This document shows positions 38,569 through 47,202 of a stretch of 64,000 bases of DNA, one piece after another; within the stretch, counting starts at the first letter, position 1, and every line of letters begins with the position of its first letter. The translations under genes and the position numbers were made by a program. The DNA lies in the IMG/VR virus record IMGVR_UViG_3300042473_000506. One strand, written 5' to 3'. The notes below the pieces were generated by a model. The model was not told the DNA's origin, did not search any database, and saw nothing but the letters and a program-made list of their open reading frames with translations. The stretch is from a virus. Taxonomy: Duplodnaviria > Heunggongvirae > Uroviricota > Caudoviricetes.

Positions 38569-39036
38569 TTAATCTACACTCCTAAAAGTTCGCCAATCGT
38601 CTATGTTTGGCTTTTCATCTTCATCATATGTCCAACCCAAAGCCTTCATCATGCGATGCTTGACCAATAGGTTGGGGCTACGGAATCTACCTGTGTCTTC
38701 AAAGCCCATCATAACACCAACTTCGCAAACTGCACCACTGCGGCAAATACCCGCATAGCAGTGAACAACTACATTCATACGGTTGTCCTTTGCGTGTTGC
38801 AACAGTCGAACAAGCTCGTTAGCCTGCTCTTGACTACATTTCATTGCTTCTTCCAACACTTCGTCCTTGGCCTCTACGTCCAAAAACTCAAAGTTGTGTT
38901 GCTCTTTAAACTTGTGAGCAGGCACAGGGCGCCAGCTGGCCGGATCAACAATGCTGATCAGCATACTGTTCTCACCTGCCTCATGATGAAACCTTGTGGG
39001 TATATCAGCGGCCGCTACGTTTTCAATCCATGGCAT
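38569..39036 (-). CDS. dual-specificity / tyrosine-phosphatase-like protein
   Basis: 'VVVHCYAGICRSGA' = HCx5R(S/T) phosphatase P-loop. Confidence 0.65.
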   Translation of the reverse strand: MPWIENVAAADIPTRFHHEAGENSMLISIVDPASWRPVPAHKFKEQHNFEFLDVEAKDEVLEEAMKCSQEQANELVRLLQHAKDNRMNVVVHCYAGICRSGAVCEVGVMMGFEDTGRFRSPNLLVKHRMMKALGWTYDEDEKPNIDDWRTFRSVD

Positions 39037-39059
39037 TTTATTCTCCTGCGCATTATATA

Positions 39060-39088
39060 ATTATAGCATCACTTTACCATTTTGTCAA
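39060..39088 (-). promoter_or_regulatory. sigma70 consensus early promoter TTGACA-N17-TATAAT upstream of the phosphatase gene
   Basis: Minus strand 'cTTGACAaaatggtaaagtgatgcTATAATtatataat'; aligns over ~38 bp with the 37259..37287 promoter; AGGAG RBS downstream. Confidence 0.6.
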
Positions 39089-39103
39089 GCCAGTAAATAA
39101 TGT

Positions 39104-39317
39104 TATGTCCACCCAAAAAACTCGCCTAGAAAAAAAAGCTGACGATATATTTGAGTTGCTGGATCATTATGTTTATCCCACAACGGGCGAAACACTGGCA
39201 GCTCAAAAGGGTTTGATGGTAGGCTGGTTAGCTAGACTGGCAACTACTGACTGGACAGTTGCAGAAGAATTAGAAAGACGATTACATCTTGCTCGGAAAC
39301 AAAAAGGTAAAATTTGA
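39104..39317 (+). CDS. possible small protein (70 aa; C-terminal part of ORF 38994..39317)
   Basis: Start at Met 'MSTQKTRLEKK...'; the upstream part of the listed ORF overlaps the minus-strand promoter. Confidence 0.25.
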
Positions 39318-39353
39318 ATTTTATACCCTCTAATTTTAGAAATAAATATAATT

Positions 39354-39905
39354 ATGAGATGTTTCTATAAATTAAAAATTAATAATCTAGAATCTATACA
39401 GGCACACGCATTATCTAAAATATCTGAAGAAGATCTTAATTTGATGCCAACTAGATTATTTTATCCAGAATATAATTTTTTAGATGATCAAGATCTCTTA
39501 TGTGCGTTAAATCAATACGGGTTGACAAATTATATACATAATGTTGCTCTTTTTGTTCTCAATTCAGGAGGCATAAGCCCTATTCATGTCGACGGGGATA
39601 ATGACTATAATTGGAGTTTAAATATACCTTTAAAAAATTGCAGATATACTCGAACTAATTTTTATCAATCTAATGAGGTTCCTGTTAAGAAAAAAAGTCC
39701 AAACAGTGATATAGAATACAGTATCTTTGATCCAAACTCTTGCACACTACTAGATTCTCTTCGATTATCTGATCCATTTTTAATGAATGTGTCAGTTCCT
39801 CACAGCATATCTAATCTTACTTTTACAACAAGAGTTTCTATATGTATAAGAATAAAATCTACATTTGACATAGAAGCCGCTCTGTCAGAATGGGATTTAA
39901 AATAA
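39354..39905 (+). CDS. small 2OG/Fe(II)-oxygenase-like (DSBH) protein, island paralogue 1
   Basis: 'SPIHVDGDNDYNWSLNIPLKNC' (HxD, NxPL) ... 'VSVPHSISN' ... 'RVSICIR' (distal His + Arg). Confidence 0.5.
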   Translation: MRCFYKLKINNLESIQAHALSKISEEDLNLMPTRLFYPEYNFLDDQDLLCALNQYGLTNYIHNVALFVLNSGGISPIHVDGDNDYNWSLNIPLKNCRYTRTNFYQSNEVPVKKKSPNSDIEYSIFDPNSCTLLDSLRLSDPFLMNVSVPHSISNLTFTTRVSICIRIKSTFDIEAALSEWDLK

Positions 39906-39912
39906 CGAATTT

Positions 39913-40452
39913 CTACATAATAAATTTTTCAAATCTACTTAATGCATCCTGCCATTTGAAATATTTCGAATTGTGTAATGATACTTTTATACTAACACAC
40001 CATCGAGGTGACGTTATATTTGATACGTTATGAGGAACACCGCTTTGAAATAAACACGCCCCTTGTAAGTTTACGGATTCGATTAACTGCATTTTATCAA
40101 TTTCGTAGTCTCTTTTCCAAGCTACACCATTGTGTTTCGGTAGTCCTGGATACTTATTAATTGATCTGTACCAGTTAACTAGACTATCATTTGCATTTAT
40201 ATAAAAATTTAAATTTGTTTGATCGTAAACGTTATAGTTGTCTATATGAATCGGGGAAGACGTGCTTTCCCCACTATAATAAATTATTAGGCCGTTTAGT
40301 CGAAAATCATCAATTTTCTTTAACAGTTCTAGCATATCTGGACTTAATATTTCTGTTATATGAGCAGTACCTAATTTCCATTGTTTTTCGCATACAAAAG
40401 ATTCGCTAAGAAACGGTACAGGAAATGACAGTTTTTTAAAATAATCGCTCAT
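39913..40452 (-). CDS. 2OG/Fe(II)-oxygenase-like protein, paralogue 2
   Basis: 'SPIHIDNYN...' ... 'SGVPHNVSN' ... 'RWCVSIK'. Confidence 0.5.
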   Translation of the reverse strand: MSDYFKKLSFPVPFLSESFVCEKQWKLGTAHITEILSPDMLELLKKIDDFRLNGLIIYYSGESTSSPIHIDNYNVYDQTNLNFYINANDSLVNWYRSINKYPGLPKHNGVAWKRDYEIDKMQLIESVNLQGACLFQSGVPHNVSNITSPRWCVSIKVSLHNSKYFKWQDALSRFEKFIM

Positions 40453-40515
40453 TCAAATATTTACCACCTAATTATTAATCGAGCTTTCTAGGAGTAATAA
40501 GAGCAGATAAATATT

Positions 40516-41082
40516 TTGATGAAATATTATAAAAAAATAGAAATTGAAAACTTAGAGGTAATACAGAAAAAAGTTTTACAATTTATTAAATTTAAACACC
40601 CCACTATATATTTTAGAAAAGTTGAGTCATCTTGGAACCATCTCGATGTTCCGAGTTTGTTGGCGGCATGCCCAGAACTTTCTGAGTCTTTCGGCAAATT
40701 GAATTTATCCTGCATTTTTGCGTCAATTCATATAATGTATGATAATACACATTCTGCTATACATACTGATATTACGCCCTGGAAAGCTAGAATTAACATT
40801 CCTATTTTAAATTGCAACGGAACATTTACTAAATTTTATACAGGTGAAAAGGTAGTAGAAGAAATTAGGACCATGGCAAATAATAAAACGTTTAAGGTAG
40901 ATGCAATTATAAATCCACTTGAATGTATTGAAGTAGACGCATACGAATTAACACAGCCGTTAATTCTTAAAACTTATATACCACATAGGGTTTTTATGAA
41001 TGAAACTTCGAGACCTAGAATAGCATTGTCAATTGGCTGCGATCCTGATCCATTCTATCAATATTTTTCGTCAGACGAATAA
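40516..41082 (+). CDS. 2OG/Fe(II)-oxygenase-like protein, paralogue 3
   Basis: 'SAIHTDITPWKARINIPILNC' ... 'TYIPHRVFMN' ... 'RIALSIG'. Confidence 0.5.
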   Translation: MMKYYKKIEIENLEVIQKKVLQFIKFKHPTIYFRKVESSWNHLDVPSLLAACPELSESFGKLNLSCIFASIHIMYDNTHSAIHTDITPWKARINIPILNCNGTFTKFYTGEKVVEEIRTMANNKTFKVDAIINPLECIEVDAYELTQPLILKTYIPHRVFMNETSRPRIALSIGCDPDPFYQYFSSDE

Positions 41083-41649
41083 ATCTGTAGTATCCACTAC
41101 ATCTTCAATATTTCTAAATTTAATAGGATGTAGTCCCCATCGCACGGTAAACATTATCCTTATATCATCATTAAAATTTTTAACACCATGCATGACATCA
41201 CCTTTAACAAAACAAGGCTTTGTTATCTCAAGGTCTTCGATAATTTCTAATTTAGAATTGTCTATAGGAGTTAGACCATGCAGGTAACTGCTTTGTACGG
41301 CACCCATGACTAGATTTTCTTTTGGACAATGATACCATAACATTTTTGTATTATGACAATTTAATACAGGAATATTTAATCCAAACGGTACTGTAATGAA
41401 TGAACTATCAACATGAGGAGCTAGCTCAGCATGCCCCGGTGTAAAATAAAACCTAAGTAATCGAATTTGACTTTTACTCCTCGACTTTAGCCACCTCATT
41501 AATTTTGGACAATGTTCAGTCATATGCTCTTCACTGAACGTACATGCATGTAGGCCTTTAGATGCATAATCATAATTAATAGATTTAATTAATTCGTGTT
41601 GAATCTCTTCAAAGTTGGGGATATGGATGTATCTATAAAGTTCTTGCAT
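41071..41649 (-). CDS. 2OG/Fe(II)-oxygenase-like protein, paralogue 4
   Basis: 'LAPHVDSSFITVPFGLNIPVLNC' ... 'GDVMHGVKN' ... 'RIMFTVR'; 3' ends of paralogues 3 and 4 overlap convergently by 12 nt. Confidence 0.5.
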   Translation of the reverse strand: MQELYRYIHIPNFEEIQHELIKSINYDYASKGLHACTFSEEHMTEHCPKLMRWLKSRSKSQIRLLRFYFTPGHAELAPHVDSSFITVPFGLNIPVLNCHNTKMLWYHCPKENLVMGAVQSSYLHGLTPIDNSKLEIIEDLEITKPCFVKGDVMHGVKNFNDDIRIMFTVRWGLHPIKFRNIEDVVDTTDLFV

Positions 41650-41694
41650 ACTTCCAAATATTTAGTAATAAATACTTTACAAACTTTAAAAATT

Positions 41695-42315
41695 ATGCTA
41701 CCTTCTATAACATTAAACCCTGATGATTATTATTATGCACTTAATCAGCCCTGTACAATCTTACCTCAACTATTAGAATATGTTCAAAGTGTAGAAGACT
41801 GGGAGGGATTAGATTGGCATACATTTTATTTAGATGTACCAAATAGGACTGCTTGTAATTTCGAATCAGATCCTGTAATTAAATTTTTTCTAGATCAGGG
41901 ATGGAGGTTAAACTTCACATGTATGCCCCCTAAGGGGCATTATCGATGGCATATCGATAATCAAGGAAATAGACAAACCGCAATAAATTTAGCACTAAAT
42001 GGTTTTGAAACAACTAAAGTTATGTGGCGACCAAATAGACCGTACGTGCGAAAAATGAATACAGAAATTATGGATATTCCCTACACACCTGGTACGTATT
42101 TTGTATTTAATACACAAGAGGAACATTGTGTAACTAATTTCAGTAATGAAAATAGATATCTATTAAGCATTACACCAGATAAAAGATTTGCTGTTCCTGA
42201 GTATTTTGACGGAATTTATAAAAATGTAAGTCCTAGTCGATACGCTGAAATTCTAAAAGGTTACAAGCTAGCATTTAAAGAGGTCGTTAGCGAAGTTAAA
42301 GCACAAGGTTGGTAG
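41695..42315 (+). CDS. 2OG/Fe(II)-oxygenase-like protein, paralogue 5 (start moved to internal Met)
   Basis: 'YRWHIDNQGNRQTAINLALNG' ... 'QEEHCVTN' ... 'RYLLSIT'; the listed ORF start (41596) overlaps paralogue 4 on the other strand. Confidence 0.45.
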   Translation: MLPSITLNPDDYYYALNQPCTILPQLLEYVQSVEDWEGLDWHTFYLDVPNRTACNFESDPVIKFFLDQGWRLNFTCMPPKGHYRWHIDNQGNRQTAINLALNGFETTKVMWRPNRPYVRKMNTEIMDIPYTPGTYFVFNTQEEHCVTNFSNENRYLLSITPDKRFAVPEYFDGIYKNVSPSRYAEILKGYKLAFKEVVSEVKAQGW

Positions 42316-42327
42316 TAGATTTTAAAT

Positions 42328-42936
42328 TCAGTCTTTCCATCTAATAGTATTCCAATCAAACATAAAATTTAAGTTAAGTTGTTCGTACGCTATCCATTGT
42401 TTAGTGTACTGAATATTAAGAGGAAAATCAATTACATTAAAATTATTATAAAATAGATGATGTAATTGTCTAGGTGATCGAGTTTCACCTAATCTTTTTC
42501 TTTTAAATGTTTCTATCAAATTTTTATTATAGTCATTAAATGTGATAGCAATAGCTTTACAATTATTGTCTATTGCCCATTGTTTGTGCATTGGTAAAAA
42601 AAGTTCTCTAGGTAATCCTAAATGTCGGTAATCTTTTGTAACCCATGTTCTACATCCGCCTATGGCAACTTCATTGGAGAATTCACTTCTATAAACTCCC
42701 GAACAGGCTACAATAGTTTCATTTTTTATCGCTAAGTGAAACGCTCCACTGGTTTCAAAATATCGATGCCTGTTGTATATTTGATGTATTAGTGTGTTAG
42801 ATTTAGTATGCCAATCTTCTACCCACATATTGCTGTGTGCTAGCTGAGTAATTTCTTCTGATGCCTCTTGACAAAATTTAAAAAATAAACTTTTATCCTC
42901 TAACTCGTCATACCGAATAAGTGTTAGATCAGACAT
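42328..42936 (-). CDS. hypothetical protein (possible acyltransferase fold)
   Basis: ORF between paralogues; no secure motif. Confidence 0.3.
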   Translation of the reverse strand: MSDLTLIRYDELEDKSLFFKFCQEASEEITQLAHSNMWVEDWHTKSNTLIHQIYNRHRYFETSGAFHLAIKNETIVACSGVYRSEFSNEVAIGGCRTWVTKDYRHLGLPRELFLPMHKQWAIDNNCKAIAITFNDYNKNLIETFKRKRLGETRSPRQLHHLFYNNFNVIDFPLNIQYTKQWIAYEQLNLNFMFDWNTIRWKD

Positions 42937-43477
42937 TGCTAACTAAATCTTCAAAATTTGGATTACCGTGAAATCTCATAGTAAATACCCACCGATCTTC
43001 GAGTTGATTTGATTGTGCTGAATGCGGACAATCTACTCTTAATAGATGAGGGCTGTCAATTTCTAATTTAAAATCTTCTGTATATGGTTCTTGCCACATA
43101 ATTTCATGATAAACGTTGTTGGATAACATTACAAGAGATGTGCTGTATTTTCCTTTATACCAAATTTGGTAACTGTTTTTACAACCTTTCAACGGAATGT
43201 TTATTGCAGATTTTATAATACCTTCTTCATTACCGTCTATATGAATACCTTGAAAACTATTCTTTGGTCTAATATAACTTAGACAATAGCGAACAGGAGG
43301 TATATTATACCTAGCTAGGTCTGCATCAATTATATGCTTTAATTGATTGTTGAGCTCGTGTCTTATTTGTATTTGTCTATCTACAGGAATTGAAGTATCT
43401 ATCTTTTTCTCTATATCTAAAATTGCAAATTCTTTTATAAGATGTTCGCATGTTAAATGAATTTTTTTACAGTACAC
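42929..43477 (-). CDS. 2OG/Fe(II)-oxygenase-like protein, paralogue 6
   Basis: 'QGIHIDGNEEGIIKSAINIPLKGC' ... 'VDCPHSAQSN' ... 'RWVFTMR'. Confidence 0.5.
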   Translation of the reverse strand: MYCKKIHLTCEHLIKEFAILDIEKKIDTSIPVDRQIQIRHELNNQLKHIIDADLARYNIPPVRYCLSYIRPKNSFQGIHIDGNEEGIIKSAINIPLKGCKNSYQIWYKGKYSTSLVMLSNNVYHEIMWQEPYTEDFKLEIDSPHLLRVDCPHSAQSNQLEDRWVFTMRFHGNPNFEDLVSNV

Positions 43478-43542
43478 GATGTTTATCGTAAAATTTTGGA
43501 ATATCTTTTATTTAACTCTCTGCAATTTTGTAATATAAATAT

Positions 43543-44169
43543 ATGAAACATATTATGATAGTAGCCACACCACTTAACCTTCCTACTGTAGTCCCTGACG
43601 ATTGGTCTGTATTTTGGAATATTTGGAACAATTATGGAAAACCTATAGTTAAAACGCAACAAAACCATAAGGGATCTTATTCAAAAATTGGAGATACAGA
43701 TGTCTGGAAAGGTTTAGATATCTATAAAAATAATTTATTTCGATCTGCATGGACTGCACCTTACTATGATATTCGAGAAGAACTTCCCTTAATGTATCAA
43801 ATGATTACAAAAATTCCTCTATTCTCTCTTGTCACTGGTGTTAGGGTTGTAGAAAGCCTAGGAAATATTCCGCCACACACTGATGATAATATAGATCGAT
43901 GGAACGTTAGAGCAATGTTGCATTATACTGATTCGAACCCTCAATGGTTTTTTACTAAACCGAATGATACAAAAACTGCTGTGTTGTTAACATTGCCAGA
44001 GTCCACTAATTGGTTTGCATATAACGATAAGTACACATGGCATGGGTCGAAGTATAACCCGGATCACCCTAAATTATTAATTCAAATGTTTGGAGTAGGA
44101 TTTAAGAACAGTCAGTTCCTACAAAAAAGTGCAGAAATGTACAAAGAATATACAATATCATATGACTAA
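43543..44169 (+). CDS. 2OG/Fe(II)-oxygenase-like protein, paralogue 7 (divergent)
   Basis: 'IPPHTDDNIDRWNVRAMLHY' ... 'KYTWHGSKYN'. Confidence 0.4.
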   Translation: MKHIMIVATPLNLPTVVPDDWSVFWNIWNNYGKPIVKTQQNHKGSYSKIGDTDVWKGLDIYKNNLFRSAWTAPYYDIREELPLMYQMITKIPLFSLVTGVRVVESLGNIPPHTDDNIDRWNVRAMLHYTDSNPQWFFTKPNDTKTAVLLTLPESTNWFAYNDKYTWHGSKYNPDHPKLLIQMFGVGFKNSQFLQKSAEMYKEYTISYD

Positions 44170-44950
44170 TTTATTTCAAGCTAGTTCAACTACTGTTAGG
44201 TATTCTCATATTGTAGCAAGGTTAGCAATTATTATAGGTGCATTCTTTGTAACATTTAATTTACCCTTATTACTTGTGTCTGCTATTGCATATCATGTTT
44301 TACTATCTATCGGTATAAGCATAATGATGCATAGATACTTCAGCCATAAAAGTTTTGAATTTAAAAATAATATTGTCAGAAAAGTTTTTATTATAATTTC
44401 ATTGCTTTCGTTGCGAGGAAGTCCAATAGCTTGGGCATACATCCATCGAGCACATCACGAACACGTAGATACCGAAGATGATCCGCATACTCCTGTTGGT
44501 AGAAAATTTAACTTTTTTGGATTACTTGACAACAAAAATAAAGCTGATGATATTCAGATATTTAAAATTAGATCTATGATGACCAAGGAGCACCTATTTA
44601 TTAATCAATACTATTGGTTGATCTTAGCATGTTTGTTAGTACCTTTTGCATTTATTAATTTTACATTATTTTATTATACATGGCTAGTTCCTGTAGTTCT
44701 TGTACAATTTTCTATTAATTTACAAAACTATTTAGGACATATGTCAGGTATAGGTGCGTATAGGACTTACACTAATCCATCTAGCGGCAATAGTCAAAAT
44801 AGTTTGTTATTGTGGCCTTTATATTTAGGTGAAGCGTGGCATAACAACCACCATGCACATGCTCGACATTATCACTACGGAACTGAAATAAGTGGAAAGT
44901 GGTGGGAGATCGATCCCGGTGCAATGCTCATTAAGTTACTGAAAAAATGA
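44162..44950 (+). CDS. integral-membrane di-iron fatty-acid desaturase / hydroxylase-like enzyme
   Basis: Three histidine boxes 'HRYFSH', 'HRAHHEH', 'WHNNHHAH' separated by hydrophobic spans. Confidence 0.6.
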   Translation: MTNLFQASSTTVRYSHIVARLAIIIGAFFVTFNLPLLLVSAIAYHVLLSIGISIMMHRYFSHKSFEFKNNIVRKVFIIISLLSLRGSPIAWAYIHRAHHEHVDTEDDPHTPVGRKFNFFGLLDNKNKADDIQIFKIRSMMTKEHLFINQYYWLILACLLVPFAFINFTLFYYTWLVPVVLVQFSINLQNYLGHMSGIGAYRTYTNPSSGNSQNSLLLWPLYLGEAWHNNHHAHARHYHYGTEISGKWWEIDPGAMLIKLLKK

Positions 44951-45507
44951 TACGATTTTTAACAATGGATGACTTGCCGGATTGCATGAAAATTGCACCA
45001 TTAAAAAATAGAACCGGTGGCACTGTTCCATTAACACTCGAAGGATTTTTAGGTGCCTTTGAAAAATATTTCCAGGATGATGAATTTTGCCGTGTGATTG
45101 GATACTTTGAAAATAATGAACTTGTTAGTTTTGTATGTATCAGAATGTTCGAAACTACGATGAGAGGAAAATTTTGGGTTATTTCGGGATTATATACTAA
45201 GAATTTTAAAAGTTATTTTAGCTTTAACCATTCAGGAATAGGCGAATTAATTAAATTTGCATTCGATTATGCTGAATCACGAGGTTGGTATGAATATTAT
45301 TATTGCACTGCCGAACGTGTAATAAATGTATATGAAAGACAATGGAAACGATCACACTCTCATAGATACGAACATATATTGTTAGACGTTGTTCCACCTA
45401 ATACAAAACCATTTTATGAATTGCACTGGAGACTAATGGGGCAAGAAGTTAAACCTGTCCCAATGATTGTTAAAAAGCGAGCGTTAAAACAAGAATTTAG
45501 AAAATAA
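44947..45507 (+). CDS. hypothetical protein (GNAT-like acyltransferase fold possible)
   Basis: 186-aa ORF; beta-alpha pattern only. Confidence 0.3.
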   Translation: MIRFLTMDDLPDCMKIAPLKNRTGGTVPLTLEGFLGAFEKYFQDDEFCRVIGYFENNELVSFVCIRMFETTMRGKFWVISGLYTKNFKSYFSFNHSGIGELIKFAFDYAESRGWYEYYYCTAERVINVYERQWKRSHSHRYEHILLDVVPPNTKPFYELHWRLMGQEVKPVPMIVKKRALKQEFRK

Positions 45508-45553
45508 AAATCAGTTATTTTATCCTATAAATATAATGCTCATAGGAAACTAA

Positions 45554-46330
45554 ATGAACACAGCATTTTTATCTAGCAGCACTAGGGGTGCTCAACTATT
45601 CTTGATATTAAATTTAATAGGTACTTTCGGTGCTGTCTGGTTGTACGGATTAAATTTTAATTCTTTTATGATGGTACTAGTGGGATACTTTTTATATGGT
45701 TGTTTAGGTATCGTCGTAACTTATCACAGAAATCTTTCTCACAATAGTTATAGAACACATCCGATCATTGTAAAGATATTTTCATTATTAGGATGCTTTG
45801 CAGGGACCGGCAGTCCACTTGCATGGGTGGCCATTCATATCAATCATCACTTAAAGAGTGACAAGCCTACTGATCCGCATAGTCCGTTATACAAAGGGGT
45901 AAAGATCTTTATGATGGATTATATAAATGAAGTTGATAAAGATACAAAATGGAGAATGAGGGCATTAGTCACTGACAGATTCCAGCAATTCCTACATAGA
46001 TATTATTTTGCAATCATTGCAACCTATAGCCTTGTACTATTTTTAATAGGAGGATTTTGGTTGATGGTATTTTTTCATTGGGCGCCTGCTGCAATGACCG
46101 CCCTTATGAGTAATGTTGTTAATTATGTGGGACACAAACCAAGTTGGTGGGGTGGATATAGAACACACAATCTAAATGATCAAAGTACAAATAATTGGCT
46201 ATGGGCTATTCCTAGTTGGGGGGAAGCGTGGCACAACAATCATCATAGATATCCTAGGAATTTTAGTTTTGGAAACAAGTGGTGGGAGATTGATATTTCG
46301 GCACTTGTAATTAGATTGATTAAAATTTAA
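45554..46330 (+). CDS. integral-membrane di-iron desaturase / hydroxylase-like enzyme, second paralogue
   Basis: Histidine boxes 'HRNLSH', 'HINHHLKSD', 'WHNNHHRYP'; same C-terminal 'KWWEID' as 44162..44950. Confidence 0.6.
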   Translation: MNTAFLSSSTRGAQLFLILNLIGTFGAVWLYGLNFNSFMMVLVGYFLYGCLGIVVTYHRNLSHNSYRTHPIIVKIFSLLGCFAGTGSPLAWVAIHINHHLKSDKPTDPHSPLYKGVKIFMMDYINEVDKDTKWRMRALVTDRFQQFLHRYYFAIIATYSLVLFLIGGFWLMVFFHWAPAAMTALMSNVVNYVGHKPSWWGGYRTHNLNDQSTNNWLWAIPSWGEAWHNNHHRYPRNFSFGNKWWEIDISALVIRLIKI

Positions 46331-47202
46331 TGAAATTTAATAGCAAACATCCAATTGTGGCTATGCCCATGAATGGAGTATCCAATGTTGACTTAGCTAT
46401 TGCTGTAACTCAAGCGGGTGCTGTACCTAGTTTGTCAATCTTTAATTATTATGAAGGTGGAAAAGTAAATCTAAAGCATGTAGATGCCAGTTTAAAAAGG
46501 TTTACAGATGCAACCAGTTCTACAGAAATAATTTTAAGTATGCACTGGGAACATTTTATATGGACTCCTGTTATAGATGTTCTATTAGAAAATAATATAA
46601 AATTAGTTGAACTTTTTATTAGACCATCAGATCATCATTTGTGGCCTGAATTATCTAAACAGATCGACAATATGAAGGTACACGGTATAGCTGTAATGTT
46701 TAAAACTTCTAATCGGCTACCTATGTCCTATTTTGATTCGATAGTATTGAAAGGTCCTCAGGCTGCTGGGAGATCATTCGGTAGTCTAGTATCATTAGAA
46801 GATCGATATGATGCTATGAAAGAACAAGTAGGATCAAGAATCATTCCAAGCGGTGGTATTGGCAGTCCTGAACAGGTAAAATATTTTATGGACAGAGAAG
46901 CATTAGCTGTGGGTATTGGCACACTACTTGCAGCATCTGAAGAAAGTTGTGTGTCAAGCGATACTAAACAAAAAATTATAGAGTCCACATCAAAAGATAT
47001 CAAATTAATAGGTCCGTTAAATTGCAGAGGGCTGTTATTTTCTAGACTAGAAAATGACGACGATAACAATTCCAAATCTCTATATGAGGGTATCAAGGGA
47101 ACTAATTCCGGATGCATCTATGTAGGCAACGGAATAGACTATATAAACAAAATAATGCCAGTAAAAGATATAATAGAGTGGTTAGTTAAAGATGTTAATT
47201 AA
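46330..47202 (+). CDS. FMN-dependent nitronate monooxygenase / FabK-like TIM-barrel oxidoreductase
   Basis: 'PIVAMPMNGVSNVDLAIAVTQAGAVPSLSIF' and 'IIPSGGIGSPEQVKYFMDREALAVGIGTLL' parallel the NMO/FabK FMN-binding blocks. Confidence 0.55.
   Translation: MKFNSKHPIVAMPMNGVSNVDLAIAVTQAGAVPSLSIFNYYEGGKVNLKHVDASLKRFTDATSSTEIILSMHWEHFIWTPVIDVLLENNIKLVELFIRPSDHHLWPELSKQIDNMKVHGIAVMFKTSNRLPMSYFDSIVLKGPQAAGRSFGSLVSLEDRYDAMKEQVGSRIIPSGGIGSPEQVKYFMDREALAVGIGTLLAASEESCVSSDTKQKIIESTSKDIKLIGPLNCRGLLFSRLENDDDNNSKSLYEGIKGTNSGCIYVGNGIDYINKIMPVKDIIEWLVKDVN

Noticed and set aside
38994-39317. Full 107-aa plus-strand ORF
   Set aside because: Its first 36 codons overlap the minus-strand phosphatase gene start and the sigma70 promoter. 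Only the distal 70 codons (from 39104) are retained, as a low-confidence gene.
39354-44169. Hypothesis that the small 2OG-oxygenase family hydroxylates the collagen-like tail fibres (prolyl/lysyl hydroxylase role)
   Set aside because: Kept only as a low-probability option. In the fibre repeats proline sits in the X position (G-P-Q) and there is almost no lysine, so neither 4-prolyl nor lysyl hydroxylase substrates (X-Pro-Gly / X-Lys-Gly) are present. Eight diverged paralogues also argue for diverse small-molecule or nucleic-acid substrates.
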